Shown: in pieces, positions 1-9,955 of the stretch
Position numbering within the stretch: position 1 is the stretch's first letter
How the letters are laid out: every line of letters starts with the position of its first letter
Assembly: GCF_032842345.1 (NCBI RefSeq)
Contig: NZ_WBKO01000002.1
Location: 58,208 to 82,207 of the forward strand
Reading direction: 5' to 3'
DNA length: 24,000 nt
Source of the DNA: Methanoculleus caldifontis
Lineage (GTDB): Archaea; Halobacteriota; Methanomicrobia; Methanomicrobiales; Methanoculleaceae
Program-made: the position numbers and the translations under genes
The notes under the pieces: model-generated
The model's input: the letters and a program-made list of their open reading frames with translations, nothing else
Told to the model about the DNA's origin: nothing
Databases searched by the model: none

Positions 1-804
1 TCGGTCTCGAAAGAGAACCTCGTCACCCCCGACGCCGTCGCCGCAAAGATCGAGGACGTCCGGCGCGAGACCGGGAGGACTCCGGCGCTCGCCATGATCG
101 ACCACGTGGACTACCAGTTCGGGAACGTCCACGACGTCGCCGGCATCGCGAAGGTCGCTCACCAATACGACGTCCCCTTCCTCCTCAACGGGGCCTATAC
201 CGTCGGCACCATGCCCGTCGACGGCAGAGCGATCGGGGCCGACTTCGTCGTCGGCTCCGGGCACAAGAGCATGGCCTCCCCCGCCCCGTCCGGGGTCCTC
301 GCCGCCACCGCCGAGTGGGCGCCGCGGGTCTTTCGGACCACGGCGATGGTCGGAGACCTCACCCGCCGGAAGTTCGGGGTCAAGGAGGTGGAGATGCTCG
401 GATGCACCCTGATGGGGGCGAACCTGATCGCCATGATGGCCTCGTTCCCCGCAGTCCGGGAGCGTACCCTCCGCTGGGACGAGGAGGTGAAGAAGTCAAA
501 CCACTTCATCGACGGCCTTCTCGCTATCGAGGGCACGAAGGTCCTCTCCGAGTACCCGCGGAAGCACACCCTCACCAAGGTGGACACCACCGGGAGTTTC
601 GATACGGTCGCGGCGACCCACAAGCGGCGGGGCTTCTTCCTCTCCGACGAGCTCTCAGGGCGTGGTATCGCCGGGGAGTTCGCCGGCGCCACCCGGACCT
701 GGAAACTGAACACCTTCGGCCTCTCCTGGAAGAAGATCCGTTACCTGACGGAGGCCTTCCAGGAGATCGCCGCAAAATATGAACTGAACGTCAGGACAGC
801 ATAA
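1..804 (+). CDS. pscS: Sep-tRNA:Cys-tRNA synthase (SepCysS), C-terminal part; 5' end lies outside the window
   Basis: Frame 1 is open from base 1 to TAA 802-804; listed ORF 94-804 is its in-frame tail. PLP-lysine motif [19 protein letters not shown] and overall resemblance to methanogen SepCysS. Confidence 0.85.
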   Translation, partial: SVSKENLVTPDAVAAKIEDVRRETGRTPALAMIDHVDYQFGNVHDVAGIAKVAHQYDVPFLLNGAYTVGTMPVDGRAIGADFVVGSGHKSMASPAPSGVLAATAEWAPRVFRTTAMVGDLTRRKFGVKEVEMLGCTLMGANLIAMMASFPAVRERTLRWDEEVKKSNHFIDGLLAIEGTKVLSEYPRKHTLTKVDTTGSFDTVAATHKRRGFFLSDELSGRGIAGEFAGATRTWKLNTFGLSWKKIRYLTEAFQEIAAKYELNVRTA

Positions 805-806
805 GT

Positions 807-2102
807 ATGAGCACACACCACTATCGGCCGGGCACGCTCGCCCTCCACGCCGGCCAATCGCCCGATCCGGCGACGGGAGCCCGGGCAGTACCGATCTACC
901 AGACGACCTCCTATGTCTTCCGCGACACGGAACACGCAGCAAACCTCTTTGCTCTCAAAGAGCCCGGGAACATCTACACGCGGCTGATGAACCCCACCAC
1001 CGACGTCTTCGAGCAGCGGATGGCCGCCGTCGAAGGCGGGACCGGAGCGGTCGGGGTCGCGTCGGGGATGGCGGCTATCTCAAACGCGCTCCTTGCCGTC
1101 ACCCGACCGGGCGACGAGATCGTCGCCGCCGACAACCTCTACGGCGGCACCTACGAGCTCTTCAACTACACGTTCCCGAAACTAGGGCGGAAGGTGGCCT
1201 TCGTCGACTCGACCGATCCGGAGGCCTTCCGGGCGGCGATAACGGAGAAGATCCGGGCGGTCTACGCAGAGTCGATCGGGAACCCCAAACTGGACGTTCC
1301 CGACTTTGAGGCCATCGCGGCGATCGCCCACGAGGCCGGGGTGCCGTTCGTCGTGGACAACACCGCTGCGGTCGGCCTGGTCCGCCCCATCGACCACGGC
1401 GCCGATATCGTCGTCCTCTCGGCCACCAAGTTCGTCGGGGGCCACGGCACCTCGATCGGCGGGGTGATCGTCGATTCCGGCAACTTCGCCTGGGATAACG
1501 GGAAGTTTCCCGGGTTCACCGAGCCCGACCCCTCGTACCACGGGCTGCAGTACTGGGAGACGTTTCGCGACTACTCGGGTCTCGGGAACGTCGCCCTCGT
1601 CTACAAGGTCCGGCTCGAGGTCCTCCGGGACATGGGCGCGTGCCTCTCGCCGATGAACGCCTTCCTCCTCCTGCTGGGGCTTGAGACGCTCCACCTCCGG
1701 ATGGAACGGCACTCGGAGAACGCGCTGGCTGTCGCCCGGTTCCTCCGGGACCACCCGAAGGTCGCCTGGGTGAACTACCCGGGGCTCCCCGATCACCCGG
1801 CCCACGCCCTCGCCCGGAAGTACCTCGCCGGCGGTTTCGGCGCCCTGGTCGGGTTCGGGGTGAAAGGGGGGTGCGATGCAAGCAGGAAGGTGATCGAGCG
1901 CCTGCGGCTCTTCTCGCACCTGGCAAATATCGGCGACGCAAAGAGCCTCGTCATCCACCCCGCGAGCACCACCCACCAGCAGCTGACGCCCGCGGAGCAG
2001 GCGGCGTGCGGTGTCACCCCGGATTACATACGCCTCTCCGTCGGGATAGAGGATATCAGGGATATCATCGAAGACCTCGACCAGGCTCTGCGGGATGCGT
2101 AA
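807..2102 (+). CDS. metY: O-acetylhomoserine sulfhydrylase (PLP, Cys/Met metabolism family)
   Basis: ATG 807 lies 2 nt after the SepCysS stop. GTLALHAGQ...[11 protein letters not shown]-terminus, PLP-Lys motif [17 protein letters not shown]-terminal [17 protein letters not shown]. Confidence 0.9.
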   Translation: MSTHHYRPGTLALHAGQSPDPATGARAVPIYQTTSYVFRDTEHAANLFALKEPGNIYTRLMNPTTDVFEQRMAAVEGGTGAVGVASGMAAISNALLAVTRPGDEIVAADNLYGGTYELFNYTFPKLGRKVAFVDSTDPEAFRAAITEKIRAVYAESIGNPKLDVPDFEAIAAIAHEAGVPFVVDNTAAVGLVRPIDHGADIVVLSATKFVGGHGTSIGGVIVDSGNFAWDNGKFPGFTEPDPSYHGLQYWETFRDYSGLGNVALVYKVRLEVLRDMGACLSPMNAFLLLLGLETLHLRMERHSENALAVARFLRDHPKVAWVNYPGLPDHPAHALARKYLAGGFGALVGFGVKGGCDASRKVIERLRLFSHLANIGDAKSLVIHPASTTHQQLTPAEQAACGVTPDYIRLSVGIEDIRDIIEDLDQALRDA

Positions 2103-3573
2103 CATGCCCGGTTCGGTCGGTACCGTGCGGACCGGGTACGTCACCTTCCCCGAACCCCTCATTCTCGAGAGCGGCGCGGTCCTCGCCCCGGTGACGATCG
2201 CCTACGAGACCTACGGGCGGCTGAACCGGGAGAAGAGTAACGCGATCCTGATCTGTCACGCCCTCTCCGGCGACGCCCACGCGGCAGGCTACCACGAGGG
2301 GGCCGATCGGCCGGGGTGGTGGGACGGGGTCGTCGGTCCCGGAAAGGCCTTCGACACCGACCGCTACTTCGTCGTCTGCTCAAACGTCATCGGCGGCTGC
2401 AAGGGATCGACGGGGCCGGCCTCCGTCAACCCGGCGACCGGCCGGCCCTACGCCCTCGCGTTCCCCGTGATCACCGTGCGGGACATGGTCCGGGCGCAGA
2501 AACGGCTGATAGATCACCTCGGAATCGAGTGCCTCGCCGCGGTGGCAGGCGGTTCGATGGGGGGCATGCAGGCGCTCCAGTGGGCGGTCGCCTACCCGGA
2601 GGCAGCCCGGAAGGTGATCGCGATCGCCACGACCGCACGCTCGACCGCCCAGCAGATCGCCTTCAACGAGGTCGGGCGGCAGGCGGTCATGGCCGATCCC
2701 GCGTGGGCGGGCGGAGACTACCCGGCCGACCATCTACCGGTGCAGGGACTTCGACTCGCCCGGATGATCGGGCACATCACCTACCTCTCCGACGGGGCGA
2801 TGCGCGAGAAGTTCGGGCGCAACCTGCAGGGCCGCAGCACCGTCGGCTACGGCTTCTCCACCGAGTTCCAGGTCGAGAGTTACCTCCACCACCAGGGCGA
2901 CACCTTCACCCGGCGGTTCGACGCCAACTCCTACCTCTACATAACCCGGGCGCTCGACTACTTCGACCTCGCCGTGGACGACTCGCTCGCCGCCGGTCTT
3001 GCCGGGGCGAAGGCTTCGTTCCTGGTCGTCTCGGTATCCTCGGACTGGCTCTACCCGCCCTACCAGTCCGAGGAGATCGCAAACGCGCTGGCCGCGAACG
3101 GCATTCCCGTCCAGTACTGCGAGATCCGGTCGAATTACGGCCACGACGGTTTCCTCCTCGAAGACGGGCAGATGAACTACCTCATCGGCACGTTCCTCGA
3201 TCACCTGCTCGTCCGGGACGTCATGGAGACGGATGCCCCGACCATCGCCGAGCGGGCGTCCATCCACGACGCTGCGAGGATCATGATCGAGAACGCCGTC
3301 AACCACCTCCCCGTCCTCGCCGAACGGGGCGATCTCGCCGGGATCGTCACCTCCTGGGACATCGCGAAAGCGGTCGCCTGCAGTCACGGGAGCCTCGACG
3401 AGATCATGTCCCGCTCGGTCGTCACCGCCGCGCCGGACGAACCGGTCACGGAGGCCGCCCGGAGGATGGAGGAGCGCTCGATATCCGCCCTCCCCGTCGT
3501 CGACGCCGACCGGCGGGTGATCGGGCTCATATCGAGCGATGCCATCAGCACGCTGATAGGACGATGCGCATGA
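2095..3573 (+). CDS. metX: Homoserine O-acetyltransferase fused to a C-terminal tandem CBS pair
   Basis: Alpha/beta-hydrolase MetX motifs [22 protein letters not shown] (nucleophile elbow), YGHDGFLLE. The last ~122 aa (nt ~3205-3570) are two CBS-like repeats (VMETDAPTI...[13 protein letters not shown]...LPVVD). ATG 2095 overlaps the metY stop; ATG 2104 is an alternative start. Confidence 0.9.
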   Translation: MRNMPGSVGTVRTGYVTFPEPLILESGAVLAPVTIAYETYGRLNREKSNAILICHALSGDAHAAGYHEGADRPGWWDGVVGPGKAFDTDRYFVVCSNVIGGCKGSTGPASVNPATGRPYALAFPVITVRDMVRAQKRLIDHLGIECLAAVAGGSMGGMQALQWAVAYPEAARKVIAIATTARSTAQQIAFNEVGRQAVMADPAWAGGDYPADHLPVQGLRLARMIGHITYLSDGAMREKFGRNLQGRSTVGYGFSTEFQVESYLHHQGDTFTRRFDANSYLYITRALDYFDLAVDDSLAAGLAGAKASFLVVSVSSDWLYPPYQSEEIANALAANGIPVQYCEIRSNYGHDGFLLEDGQMNYLIGTFLDHLLVRDVMETDAPTIAERASIHDAARIMIENAVNHLPVLAERGDLAGIVTSWDIAKAVACSHGSLDEIMSRSVVTAAPDEPVTEAARRMEERSISALPVVDADRRVIGLISSDAISTLIGRCA

Positions 3574-4043
3574 CAACACAAGCAGAAAAAAATGAATCGG
3601 CTCTCCTGATCTTCGGGTGCCCGGAGGTCCCGGTGCAGGCGGCGATCGGCCTCTATCTTGCAGGCCGGCTCGCCGAGGACGGCTACGACGTGGTCACGGC
3701 CGGAAACCCCTCGGTTCTCGCGCTCCTCCGCGTCTCCGACCAGAAAAAGCATTACATCGGAAAAACCGTCGACCTCGACCGTTGCATCGGGGAAGTCGCG
3801 GAGAAGAAGCGGGACGCCGCCCTCTGCGTGGTCTTCGCCCATAACGATGCCGGTCTCTCGTATGCCGCCTCGATGCGCTACCTCCTCCCGGAAGCGCGCC
3901 TCGTCGTCGTCGTCTTCGGCCGGAATGCCGAGGAACTCGCAGCACAGGTCGAGTTCCCCTGCGAAAAGGTCGTGGAGAAGGCGGTCCACAACCCGGTGAA
4001 GTTGAAGAAAGGGATCGACGAGGTCTTCGGATGGCGTGCATAG
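3564..4043 (+). CDS. Conserved methanogen-type hypothetical protein (looks like the DUF1890 family; family name from memory, unverified)
   Basis: Only the 3' part of listed ORF 2316-4043 is protein-like ([44 protein letters not shown]...). The upstream part is an Arg/Pro-rich alternative frame of metX. ATG 3564 (or 3570) overlaps the metX stop. Flavodoxin-like beta-alpha pattern. Confidence 0.6.
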   Translation: MRMTTQAEKNESALLIFGCPEVPVQAAIGLYLAGRLAEDGYDVVTAGNPSVLALLRVSDQKKHYIGKTVDLDRCIGEVAEKKRDAALCVVFAHNDAGLSYAASMRYLLPEARLVVVVFGRNAEELAAQVEFPCEKVVEKAVHNPVKLKKGIDEVFGWRA

Positions 4044-4318
4044 ACGAGCTCGACCCGGAGGTTCTCCTCCGGGGTGCCTCCTTCGCGGAATGTCGCGCCC
4101 TGGTGGAGAAGCGCTGCCACGAGGTCTACTACGTCGACCCGGGATACGCGATCTTTGATAAGCACATCATCGGGGTCCCGCCGATCGCCGTCGGGGTGGA
4201 GGAGGATACCTTCATCCTCCTCCCCTACACCAAGCCCTGTTACGGGACGTTCCTGATCCGGGTGCCGGGGGGCGAGGAGATCGAACGGCTCAGGCAGAAG
4301 GGGAGAAAGAGACCGTGA
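4031..4318 (+). CDS. Small conserved methanogen-type hypothetical protein (DUF1894-like; family name from memory, unverified)
   Basis: 95-aa ORF. ATG 4031 overlaps the upstream stop by 13 nt, and its TGA overlaps the thiI GTG (GTGA at 4315-4318). Non-biased composition and high GC3. Confidence 0.6.
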   Translation: MACIDELDPEVLLRGASFAECRALVEKRCHEVYYVDPGYAIFDKHIIGVPPIAVGVEEDTFILLPYTKPCYGTFLIRVPGGEEIERLRQKGRKRP

Positions 4319-5451
4319 TCGATCCGGAACAGGTCTGGCTGGTGCGCTACTCCGAGGTCTTCCTCAAGTCGGAGCCCGTCCGCCGGGAATGGGAGAGGAC
4401 CCTGATCCGGAATATCAAGAGAGTGCTTCCCGATTCAGAACCCTGGCGGGAGCGCGGGAGGATCTGGCTTTCAGGCGTGGTCGATCCGGAGAAACTCAAG
4501 AGTATCTTCGGGATCGTCTCGATCTCACTCTGCGACGTCGTGCCGCTCGACGGGCTCTCCGGGGGCATCCTCGCCTTCTGCGAGCGCCGCGACATTGCGG
4601 AGGCGGCGACCTTCGCCCTCCGGATCCGGCACGTCGGGAAACACTCCTTCACCTCCCGGGATCTTGCCGAGCGGCTCGGAGACCTGATCCGAGGGGAGTA
4701 CCCGCACCTCCGCGTCGATCTCGACGACCCGGAGCGGGAGATCTTCGTCGAGGTCCGGGACGGGACCTGCTACCTCTTCGACCAGAAGATCCCTGCCGTC
4801 GGCGGCATTCCCCTCGGCGTCGAGGGGACGCTCGTCGCGCTCGTCTCCGGCGGTATCGACTCCCCGGTCGCGGCCTATCTGATGATGAGGCGCGGGTGCC
4901 GGATCGTCCCCGTCTACGTCGGGCTCGAAGGCTACCTCGACGGGACGAACCTCGCCCGGACCGAGGCCACAATCGAGGCCCTCCGCCGGTACCAGCCCGA
5001 TATCGAACTTATGGTCGTCGGAGACGGCTACCTCGCCCGGGCGCGGCAGGGCCTCGAGGAGCGGGGAGAGGAGCGCTACACCTGCCTCCTCTGCAAGCGG
5101 CGGATGTACCGGATCGCCGCCGACGTTGCCCGGAGGGAGGGGGCGAAGGGTTTCGTCACCGGGGAGTCGATGGGCCAGGTCGCGTCGCAGACCCTCGATA
5201 ATCTCGCGGTGCTCACCGATGCGGCGACGATCCCGGTCTACCGGCCGTTGATCGGGTTCGACAAGGAGGATGTCGTCCGGCTTGCCCGCAAGATCGGGAC
5301 GTTCGACGCGTCGATTACCCCTGCCTGCGGGTGCGGGGCGGTGCCGGCACGGCCCGCCACCGCTGCGACGATCGAGACCGTCCGCGCTCTCGAGGAAGCG
5401 GTGAGAAATGTTGATGATGTGGGAGCGCTTGCAGACCCTGACAATGCGTGA
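4315..5451 (+). CDS. thiI: tRNA 4-thiouridine synthase ThiI (THUMP + PP-loop, archaeal type without rhodanese domain)
   Basis: PP-loop [29 protein letters not shown] plus PACGCG cysteines as in methanogen ThiI. N-terminal ferredoxin-like/THUMP region. GTG start is coupled to the upstream stop. Confidence 0.85.
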   Translation: MIDPEQVWLVRYSEVFLKSEPVRREWERTLIRNIKRVLPDSEPWRERGRIWLSGVVDPEKLKSIFGIVSISLCDVVPLDGLSGGILAFCERRDIAEAATFALRIRHVGKHSFTSRDLAERLGDLIRGEYPHLRVDLDDPEREIFVEVRDGTCYLFDQKIPAVGGIPLGVEGTLVALVSGGIDSPVAAYLMMRRGCRIVPVYVGLEGYLDGTNLARTEATIEALRRYQPDIELMVVGDGYLARARQGLEERGEERYTCLLCKRRMYRIAADVARREGAKGFVTGESMGQVASQTLDNLAVLTDAATIPVYRPLIGFDKEDVVRLARKIGTFDASITPACGCGAVPARPATAATIETVRALEEAVRNVDDVGALADPDNA

Positions 5452-5474
5452 GTGAGAGAAGGAGGCTGATACCG

Positions 5475-6404
5475 ATGGGACGGATATACCATGACATCAC
5501 CTGGACGATCGGGAACACCCCGCTCGTTCGGCTGAACCGGGTGACGGAAGGCTCCCGTGCGACCGTCCTCGCCAAGGTGGAGTCGTTCAACCCGATGGGA
5601 AGCGTGAAAGACCGGATAGGTGTCGCGATGATCGACGGGGCCGAGCGGACCGGCGAGATCCGGGAGGGGACGACGATTGTCGAGGCGACGAGCGGCAACA
5701 CCGGGATTGCACTCGCGTTCGTCTGCGCCGCCCGCGGCTACCCGCTCGTGCTCGTGATGCCCGAGACGATGAGCGTGGAACGGCGAAAGCTCCTCGCAGC
5801 GCTTGGCGCCGAGGTGGTCCTCACGCCCGGAGCCGAGGGGATGAGGGGAGCGGTCGGCCGTGCGGCCCACATAGCCGCCGAGAACCCGAACACCTATTTC
5901 GTGCCCCGGCAGTTCGAGAACCCGGCGAATCCCGCCGTCCATCGCCGGACGACGGCCGAGGAGATCTGGCGGGACACCGATGGGATCGTCGATGCCATCG
6001 TCGCCGGCGTCGGGACGGGCGGGACGATCACCGGGGTCGCGGAGGTCATCAAGGCTCGAAAACCCTCCTTTAAGGCCATCGCCGTCGAACCGGCCGAGTC
6101 CCCCGTCCTCTCGGGCGGAACGGCCGGCCCGCACCGGATCCAGGGGATCGGGGCCGGGTTCGTGCCGGATGTTCTCAGAACCGATCTCGTCGACGAGATC
6201 CTCCGGGTTACCTCCGCGGATGCCTTTGCGATGAGCCGCCAGCTCGCCGCGAAGGAGGGAATCCTTGCCGGCATCTCCTCGGGCGCCGCGGCTCACGCGG
6301 CCTTGCAGGTTGCGGCCCGGCAGGAGTTCGAGGGGAAGACGATCGTCGTGATCCTCCCGGATACGGGCGAGCGCTACCTCTCGACCGATCTCTTTGGAGC
6401 ATGA
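5475..6404 (+). CDS. cysK: Cysteine synthase / O-acetylserine sulfhydrylase
   Basis: [21 protein letters not shown] (PLP-Lys), [21 protein letters not shown] prefer ATG 5475 because GAAGGAGG lies 9-16 nt upstream; GTG 5448 (ORF-track start) is an alternative. Confidence 0.9.
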   Translation: MGRIYHDITWTIGNTPLVRLNRVTEGSRATVLAKVESFNPMGSVKDRIGVAMIDGAERTGEIREGTTIVEATSGNTGIALAFVCAARGYPLVLVMPETMSVERRKLLAALGAEVVLTPGAEGMRGAVGRAAHIAAENPNTYFVPRQFENPANPAVHRRTTAEEIWRDTDGIVDAIVAGVGTGGTITGVAEVIKARKPSFKAIAVEPAESPVLSGGTAGPHRIQGIGAGFVPDVLRTDLVDEILRVTSADAFAMSRQLAAKEGILAGISSGAAAHAALQVAARQEFEGKTIVVILPDTGERYLSTDLFGA

Positions 6405-6420
6405 CGGGGGACGGGGCGCG

Positions 6421-7374
6421 GTGAGCATCAGGGAAGATATCCGGACGGTCTTTACAAAAGACCCGGCGGCCCGGTCGACGCTCGAGGTGATCTGCTGCTA
6501 CCCGGGTCTCCACGCGATCTGGGCGCACCGGATAGCGCATGCCTTCTACTGCCGCCGGCTCTATTTCCCGGCCCGGCTCGTCTCCCATATCTCGCGAGCG
6601 CTGACCGGGATTGAGATCCACCCCGGCGCGAAGATCGGGCGCCGGGTCTTCATCGACCACGGCTCAGGCGTCGTGATCGGGGAGACGGCGGAGGTCGGCG
6701 ACGACGTCCTGATCTACATGGGCGTGGTTCTCGGCGGCACGGCGCTTGAGCAGACAAAAAGGCACCCGACCATCGAGGACGGCGTCGTCATCGGGTCGGG
6801 GGCGAGCGTTCTCGGCCCCATCACCGTCGGCCGCGGGGCAAAGATTGGGGCGGGTTCGGTCGTCGTCCGCCCCGTCCCCCCTGGTGCGACGGTCGTTGGG
6901 GTTCCGGGCAGGCTCGCGGGCCCGAAGTGCCGGAAGGGCCAGGAGCGACTCGACCGCGGCGACCTCCCCGACCCGATGCTCCGGGTGGTCAGCCGCATGC
7001 TCGATAGGCAGAACCGGATCGACGAGCGGCTCCGGGCGGTGGAGCGGTCGGGATTGGTCGGCGGCAAACGGCAGGAGGAGATCGCGCTCGAGGAGAGCGT
7101 CAGGGCGGCGCTGAGAGAGGTGATCGACCCGGAGGTCGGGATCGACGTCGTCGATCTCGGCCTCGTCAAGGGGATCACCGTCCAGGACTCCTCGGTGCTC
7201 GTGGAGATGGTCCTGACCACCGCCGCCTGCCCTCTCGTCGACTACCTCTCCGACCAGGTCAGGAGCCGGGTGCTCGACGTGAGCGGTGTCAGGGACGTCG
7301 AGGTCCGGGTGCTCGACGAACCCTGGGACTGGGACCGGTTCTTCGCTCAGAGAGACATTCTTGGCGAACCCTGA
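6421..7374 (+). CDS. cysE: Serine O-acetyltransferase fused to a C-terminal DUF59/MIP18 (SufT/PaaD-like Fe-S assembly) domain
   Basis: N-terminal [27 protein letters not shown] and hexapeptide repeats ([44 protein letters not shown]). C-terminal ~95 aa (nt ~7087-7371): [19 protein letters not shown]...[12 protein letters not shown]...[13 protein letters not shown]. Start is GTG 6421 or TTG 6394. Confidence 0.85.
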   Translation: MSIREDIRTVFTKDPAARSTLEVICCYPGLHAIWAHRIAHAFYCRRLYFPARLVSHISRALTGIEIHPGAKIGRRVFIDHGSGVVIGETAEVGDDVLIYMGVVLGGTALEQTKRHPTIEDGVVIGSGASVLGPITVGRGAKIGAGSVVVRPVPPGATVVGVPGRLAGPKCRKGQERLDRGDLPDPMLRVVSRMLDRQNRIDERLRAVERSGLVGGKRQEEIALEESVRAALREVIDPEVGIDVVDLGLVKGITVQDSSVLVEMVLTTAACPLVDYLSDQVRSRVLDVSGVRDVEVRVLDEPWDWDRFFAQRDILGEP

Positions 7375-7382
7375 AGACCGGC

Positions 7383-8351
7383 CTACCGGGGGAGGTCCAG
7401 CATCCGCCGGATCGCCGTCCGCGCCCGGGCGGCGGTATCCTCCGGGACCGTCACCCGCGGCTCACACCGTTCGAGGGCTGCAAGCACCTTCGCGAGATCG
7501 GTCTTTTTCATGTTGACGCAGACCGCCCGGCTCGAGAGAGGGAAGAAGACCTTTTCCGGGCACTGTTTTTTGAGCTGGTGGAGGAGCCCTGCCTCGGTGC
7601 CGATGACGAACTCCCGGCAGGGGCTCGCACAGGCGTGCCGCACCATTCCCGAGGTCGAGAAGACGCGATCGGCGCGGTCGATCACCTCGGGCCGGCACTC
7701 GGGATGAACGAGCACCTCGGCGTCCGGGTGGGCACGGCGGGCTTCCTCCACGTCCCCGGTTGTCATCCGGTCGTGGACGATGCAATAGCCGTCCCAGGGG
7801 AGGATCTCTTTTTCGGTGAACCGGGCGACGTAGCGGCCGAGGTTCCGGTCGGGAAGGAAGATAACCTGCTCCGCCGCGAGCGACTCGACGACGGCGACGG
7901 CGTTTGCGGAGGTGCAGCAGATATCGCTCTCCGCCTTCACTTCGGCGGAGGTGTTGACGTAGGCAACCACGGCGGCTTTTGGGAACCGCTCGCGGAGAAC
8001 CCGGACCTCGCCGGGGACGACCATCTCCGCCATCGGACAGCAGGCGTCGGCCGCGGGCAGGACGACCGTCTTCTCCGGCGAGAGGATCGCCGCCGTCTCG
8101 GCCATGAAGTCGACGCCGCAGAAGACGATGACGTCGGCATCGACCTTCGCCGCCGCTTGTGCGAGTTCGAGCGAGTCCCCGACGAGGTCGGCGACCTCCT
8201 GCACCGTCGGGATCTGGTAGTTGTGGGCGAGGATGACGGCGCCGCGCTCCTCTTTCAACGCGGCTATCCGTTCGACGAGGGTTTGGGCGGGACTTGAAGA
8301 TGGGATGGTATCACAACCTCTCTTTGCAGTCGACGATGCGGTCCTGTCCAT
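7383..8351 (-). CDS. nadA: Quinolinate synthase ([4Fe-4S] enzyme)
   Basis: AVILAHNYQ, VADLVGDSLELA, FCGVDFMAETA, CCPMAEM, VHPEC. I prefer ATG 8351 because GTG 8372 would abut the palindrome at 8373. Confidence 0.9.
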   Translation of the reverse strand: MDRTASSTAKRGCDTIPSSSPAQTLVERIAALKEERGAVILAHNYQIPTVQEVADLVGDSLELAQAAAKVDADVIVFCGVDFMAETAAILSPEKTVVLPAADACCPMAEMVVPGEVRVLRERFPKAAVVAYVNTSAEVKAESDICCTSANAVAVVESLAAEQVIFLPDRNLGRYVARFTEKEILPWDGYCIVHDRMTTGDVEEARRAHPDAEVLVHPECRPEVIDRADRVFSTSGMVRHACASPCREFVIGTEAGLLHQLKKQCPEKVFFPLSSRAVCVNMKKTDLAKVLAALERCEPRVTVPEDTAARARTAIRRMLDLPR

Positions 8352-8372
8352 AACTGTTATCCCTGTGCGCAC

Positions 8373-8386
8373 TTAACAATTGTTAA
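8373..8386. promoter_or_regulatory. Perfect palindrome TTAACAATTGTTAA, copy 1 (candidate operator / promoter element)
   Basis: Read directly; lies in the nadA / 8430-ORF divergent gap. The centre is 28.5 nt from nadA ATG 8351 and 50.5 nt from ATG 8430. Identical copies at 9825 and 16410. Confidence 0.6.
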
Positions 8387-8429
8387 TACGTGATCCGGCC
8401 CGGGTTGCCGGACTTACAGGGACGATCCC

Positions 8430-8777
8430 ATGGCGCGAATCTTATCTGAACGGGACGTGACGATCCTGAAGAGATCTGCCCCGGAATGCCTGGGGCTGGT
8501 CTGCGCGGGTTCAGGAGGGCCATACCGGTCCATCCTCCCCCCGCTTGCGAACCACTACGCGACGGACGCAGAGGATTTCCGGAAGCGGCTGGAACGGCTG
8601 AACGATGACGACCTCCGTTACCTCGTAGGACTGATACTGGACGGGAGCGAGAGCCTCGGCTGCGTTCCTCCCGAGCATATTGAGGTCTTCCTCACCTTCG
8701 TCGATGACCGGCTCGGCCGGGACGCCGCCCTCGCGATCCTGCAGTATTACGAGAGGGAGGACGGGTGCGCCCGGTGA
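8430..8777 (+). CDS. Hypothetical 115-aa protein with four Cys, no family recognised
   Basis: ATG-initiated ORF with balanced composition (MARILSERDVTILKRSAPECLGLVCAGSGG...). Convergent with the radical-SAM gene, 9-nt spacer. Palindrome copy 1 lies ~50 nt upstream. Confidence 0.55.
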   Translation: MARILSERDVTILKRSAPECLGLVCAGSGGPYRSILPPLANHYATDAEDFRKRLERLNDDDLRYLVGLILDGSESLGCVPPEHIEVFLTFVDDRLGRDAALAILQYYEREDGCAR

Positions 8778-8786
8778 GCCCCTGCC

Positions 8787-9779
8787 TCAGACATCCCGGA
8801 ATGGGGTGAGGTCGCACCCGGTGCAGGGGAGGCACATCGTCCTCGCCCGCCGGGGGTCAAGGTCGTGTCGTTCCAGTGTCTCGCGGGTCATCGCCGCGAG
8901 GCGGAGGAGCCGCTCCGGCGACGGGCGCTCGACGGCGATCTCCCCCGCCCGGAGGGGCGATGCGGAGATCGGCCGGAGGATGGGAATGACGCCTATCCTC
9001 GCAAGAAGGGCGACGCCGTCTCTGATCGTTTCGTCGTCTTCGCCGAGGCCGATGATGAAGTTCGAGAAGACGGCGTTCCTCCCGAAGACCTCCACCGCCC
9101 CTGCGAGCGCATTGAGGATGAACGGAAGGGAGAGGCCGGGGCAGACCCGCGCGAAGATTGCCGGGTCCATCGTCTCGACGTTGTACTTGATCTCATCGGC
9201 ACCGGCGGCGCGGAGGATCGCGGTCGAGTCCGCGGTCGGATAGACCGAGACCCCGATCGGGAGATCGAACCGCGCCCGGAGCGCCCTCACCACGGCGGCC
9301 ATCCGCTCCACCTCCTGCTCCGGCGATCCGGCGACGCCGCTCGTGAGGGAGATCGCAGAGAGGCTCCCGCTGGCGGCAGCCTCCTCGACCATCCTGACGA
9401 CCGTCTCCGTGTCCTTGATCGCCCCGTCGAGCTTCGGCACCGGGCAGAACTTGCAGTCGTAGATGCAGCGCTCGCTGACGGTGATGTAGGCCTGTTCCGG
9501 GCAGTGACAGAGCGAGCGCTCGAGCCTGCCCCGCACGATCGTCTCCCCATTCCGGACAATGGCGATCCCATCCCTGTCCGGGACGACCCGGAGCGGCGAT
9601 GCGGGGTTGACGGAGAGGCGGACCCGCCGGCCGCCGGAGCGGATGAAGACCGACGACCCTCCGGCGCCGGGACCCGCCGTCGCCGTTGTCGGCAGGAAAT
9701 CTGCGCTTAGCGCCTCGTCGATGCTCGCCGACCCTATGCTGATGAGATACGCCTTCTCCTCGGGTGTCATGGTACGCAT
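8787..9779 (-). CDS. Radical SAM enzyme, biotin/lipoyl-synthase-related type with an extra C-terminal Cys cluster
   Basis: CIYDCKFCPVP (CxxxCxxC) radical-SAM motif in a TIM-barrel-like core (ISLTSGVAG...IKYNVETMD...NFIIGLGEDD). C-terminal CLPCTGC. ~95-aa N-terminal extension. RBS GGGAGGAG lies 9 nt before ATG 9779. Confidence 0.8.
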   Translation of the reverse strand: MRTMTPEEKAYLISIGSASIDEALSADFLPTTATAGPGAGGSSVFIRSGGRRVRLSVNPASPLRVVPDRDGIAIVRNGETIVRGRLERSLCHCPEQAYITVSERCIYDCKFCPVPKLDGAIKDTETVVRMVEEAAASGSLSAISLTSGVAGSPEQEVERMAAVVRALRARFDLPIGVSVYPTADSTAILRAAGADEIKYNVETMDPAIFARVCPGLSLPFILNALAGAVEVFGRNAVFSNFIIGLGEDDETIRDGVALLARIGVIPILRPISASPLRAGEIAVERPSPERLLRLAAMTRETLERHDLDPRRARTMCLPCTGCDLTPFRDV

Positions 9780-9824
9780 GAATTCAGCTCCTCCCTCTCG
9801 TTGTCGTGGCTGCCGGGACGGAAG

Positions 9825-9838
9825 TTAACAATTGTTAA
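9825..9838. promoter_or_regulatory. Perfect palindrome TTAACAATTGTTAA, copy 2
   Basis: Read directly; the centre is 52.5 nt upstream of radical-SAM ATG 9779. In the other direction a TATA-like ATATATTA lies at ~9867-9874, upstream of the thiS-like gene. Confidence 0.6.
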
Positions 9839-9955
9839 TCAGACTTATGGGTATCGCCAGGGATCCATATATTACTTGTCGTTGCGGCCGAATCTGCCGC
9901 ATTCCGGTTCTGCAGGACATTTATGGGGTGGCGGGACCAATGCTCTGGGACAGGT

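Noticed and set aside
2316-3563. 5' two-thirds of the 575-aa ORF 2316-4043
   Set aside because: It is an Arg/Pro/Gly-rich low-complexity translation lying in an alternative frame of the clearly real metX gene. Only the last 160 codons (from ATG 3564) look like a protein. This is a typical open-frame artefact of high GC.
5238-6428. 396-aa minus-strand ORF antisense to cysK
   Set aside because: It is antisense to a motif-perfect cysteine synthase. The translation is Arg/Gly/Pro-rich with no recognisable domain.
8370-8372. GTG 8372 as the nadA start, and similarly ORF-track starts 9923, 12779 (TTG), 16471, 17661, 22251 and 23434
   Set aside because: Each adds a short non-conserved-looking N-terminal extension or abuts a regulatory element. 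Downstream ATGs have better Shine-Dalgarno-like or TATA spacing. These are start-site choices only; the genes themselves are retained.
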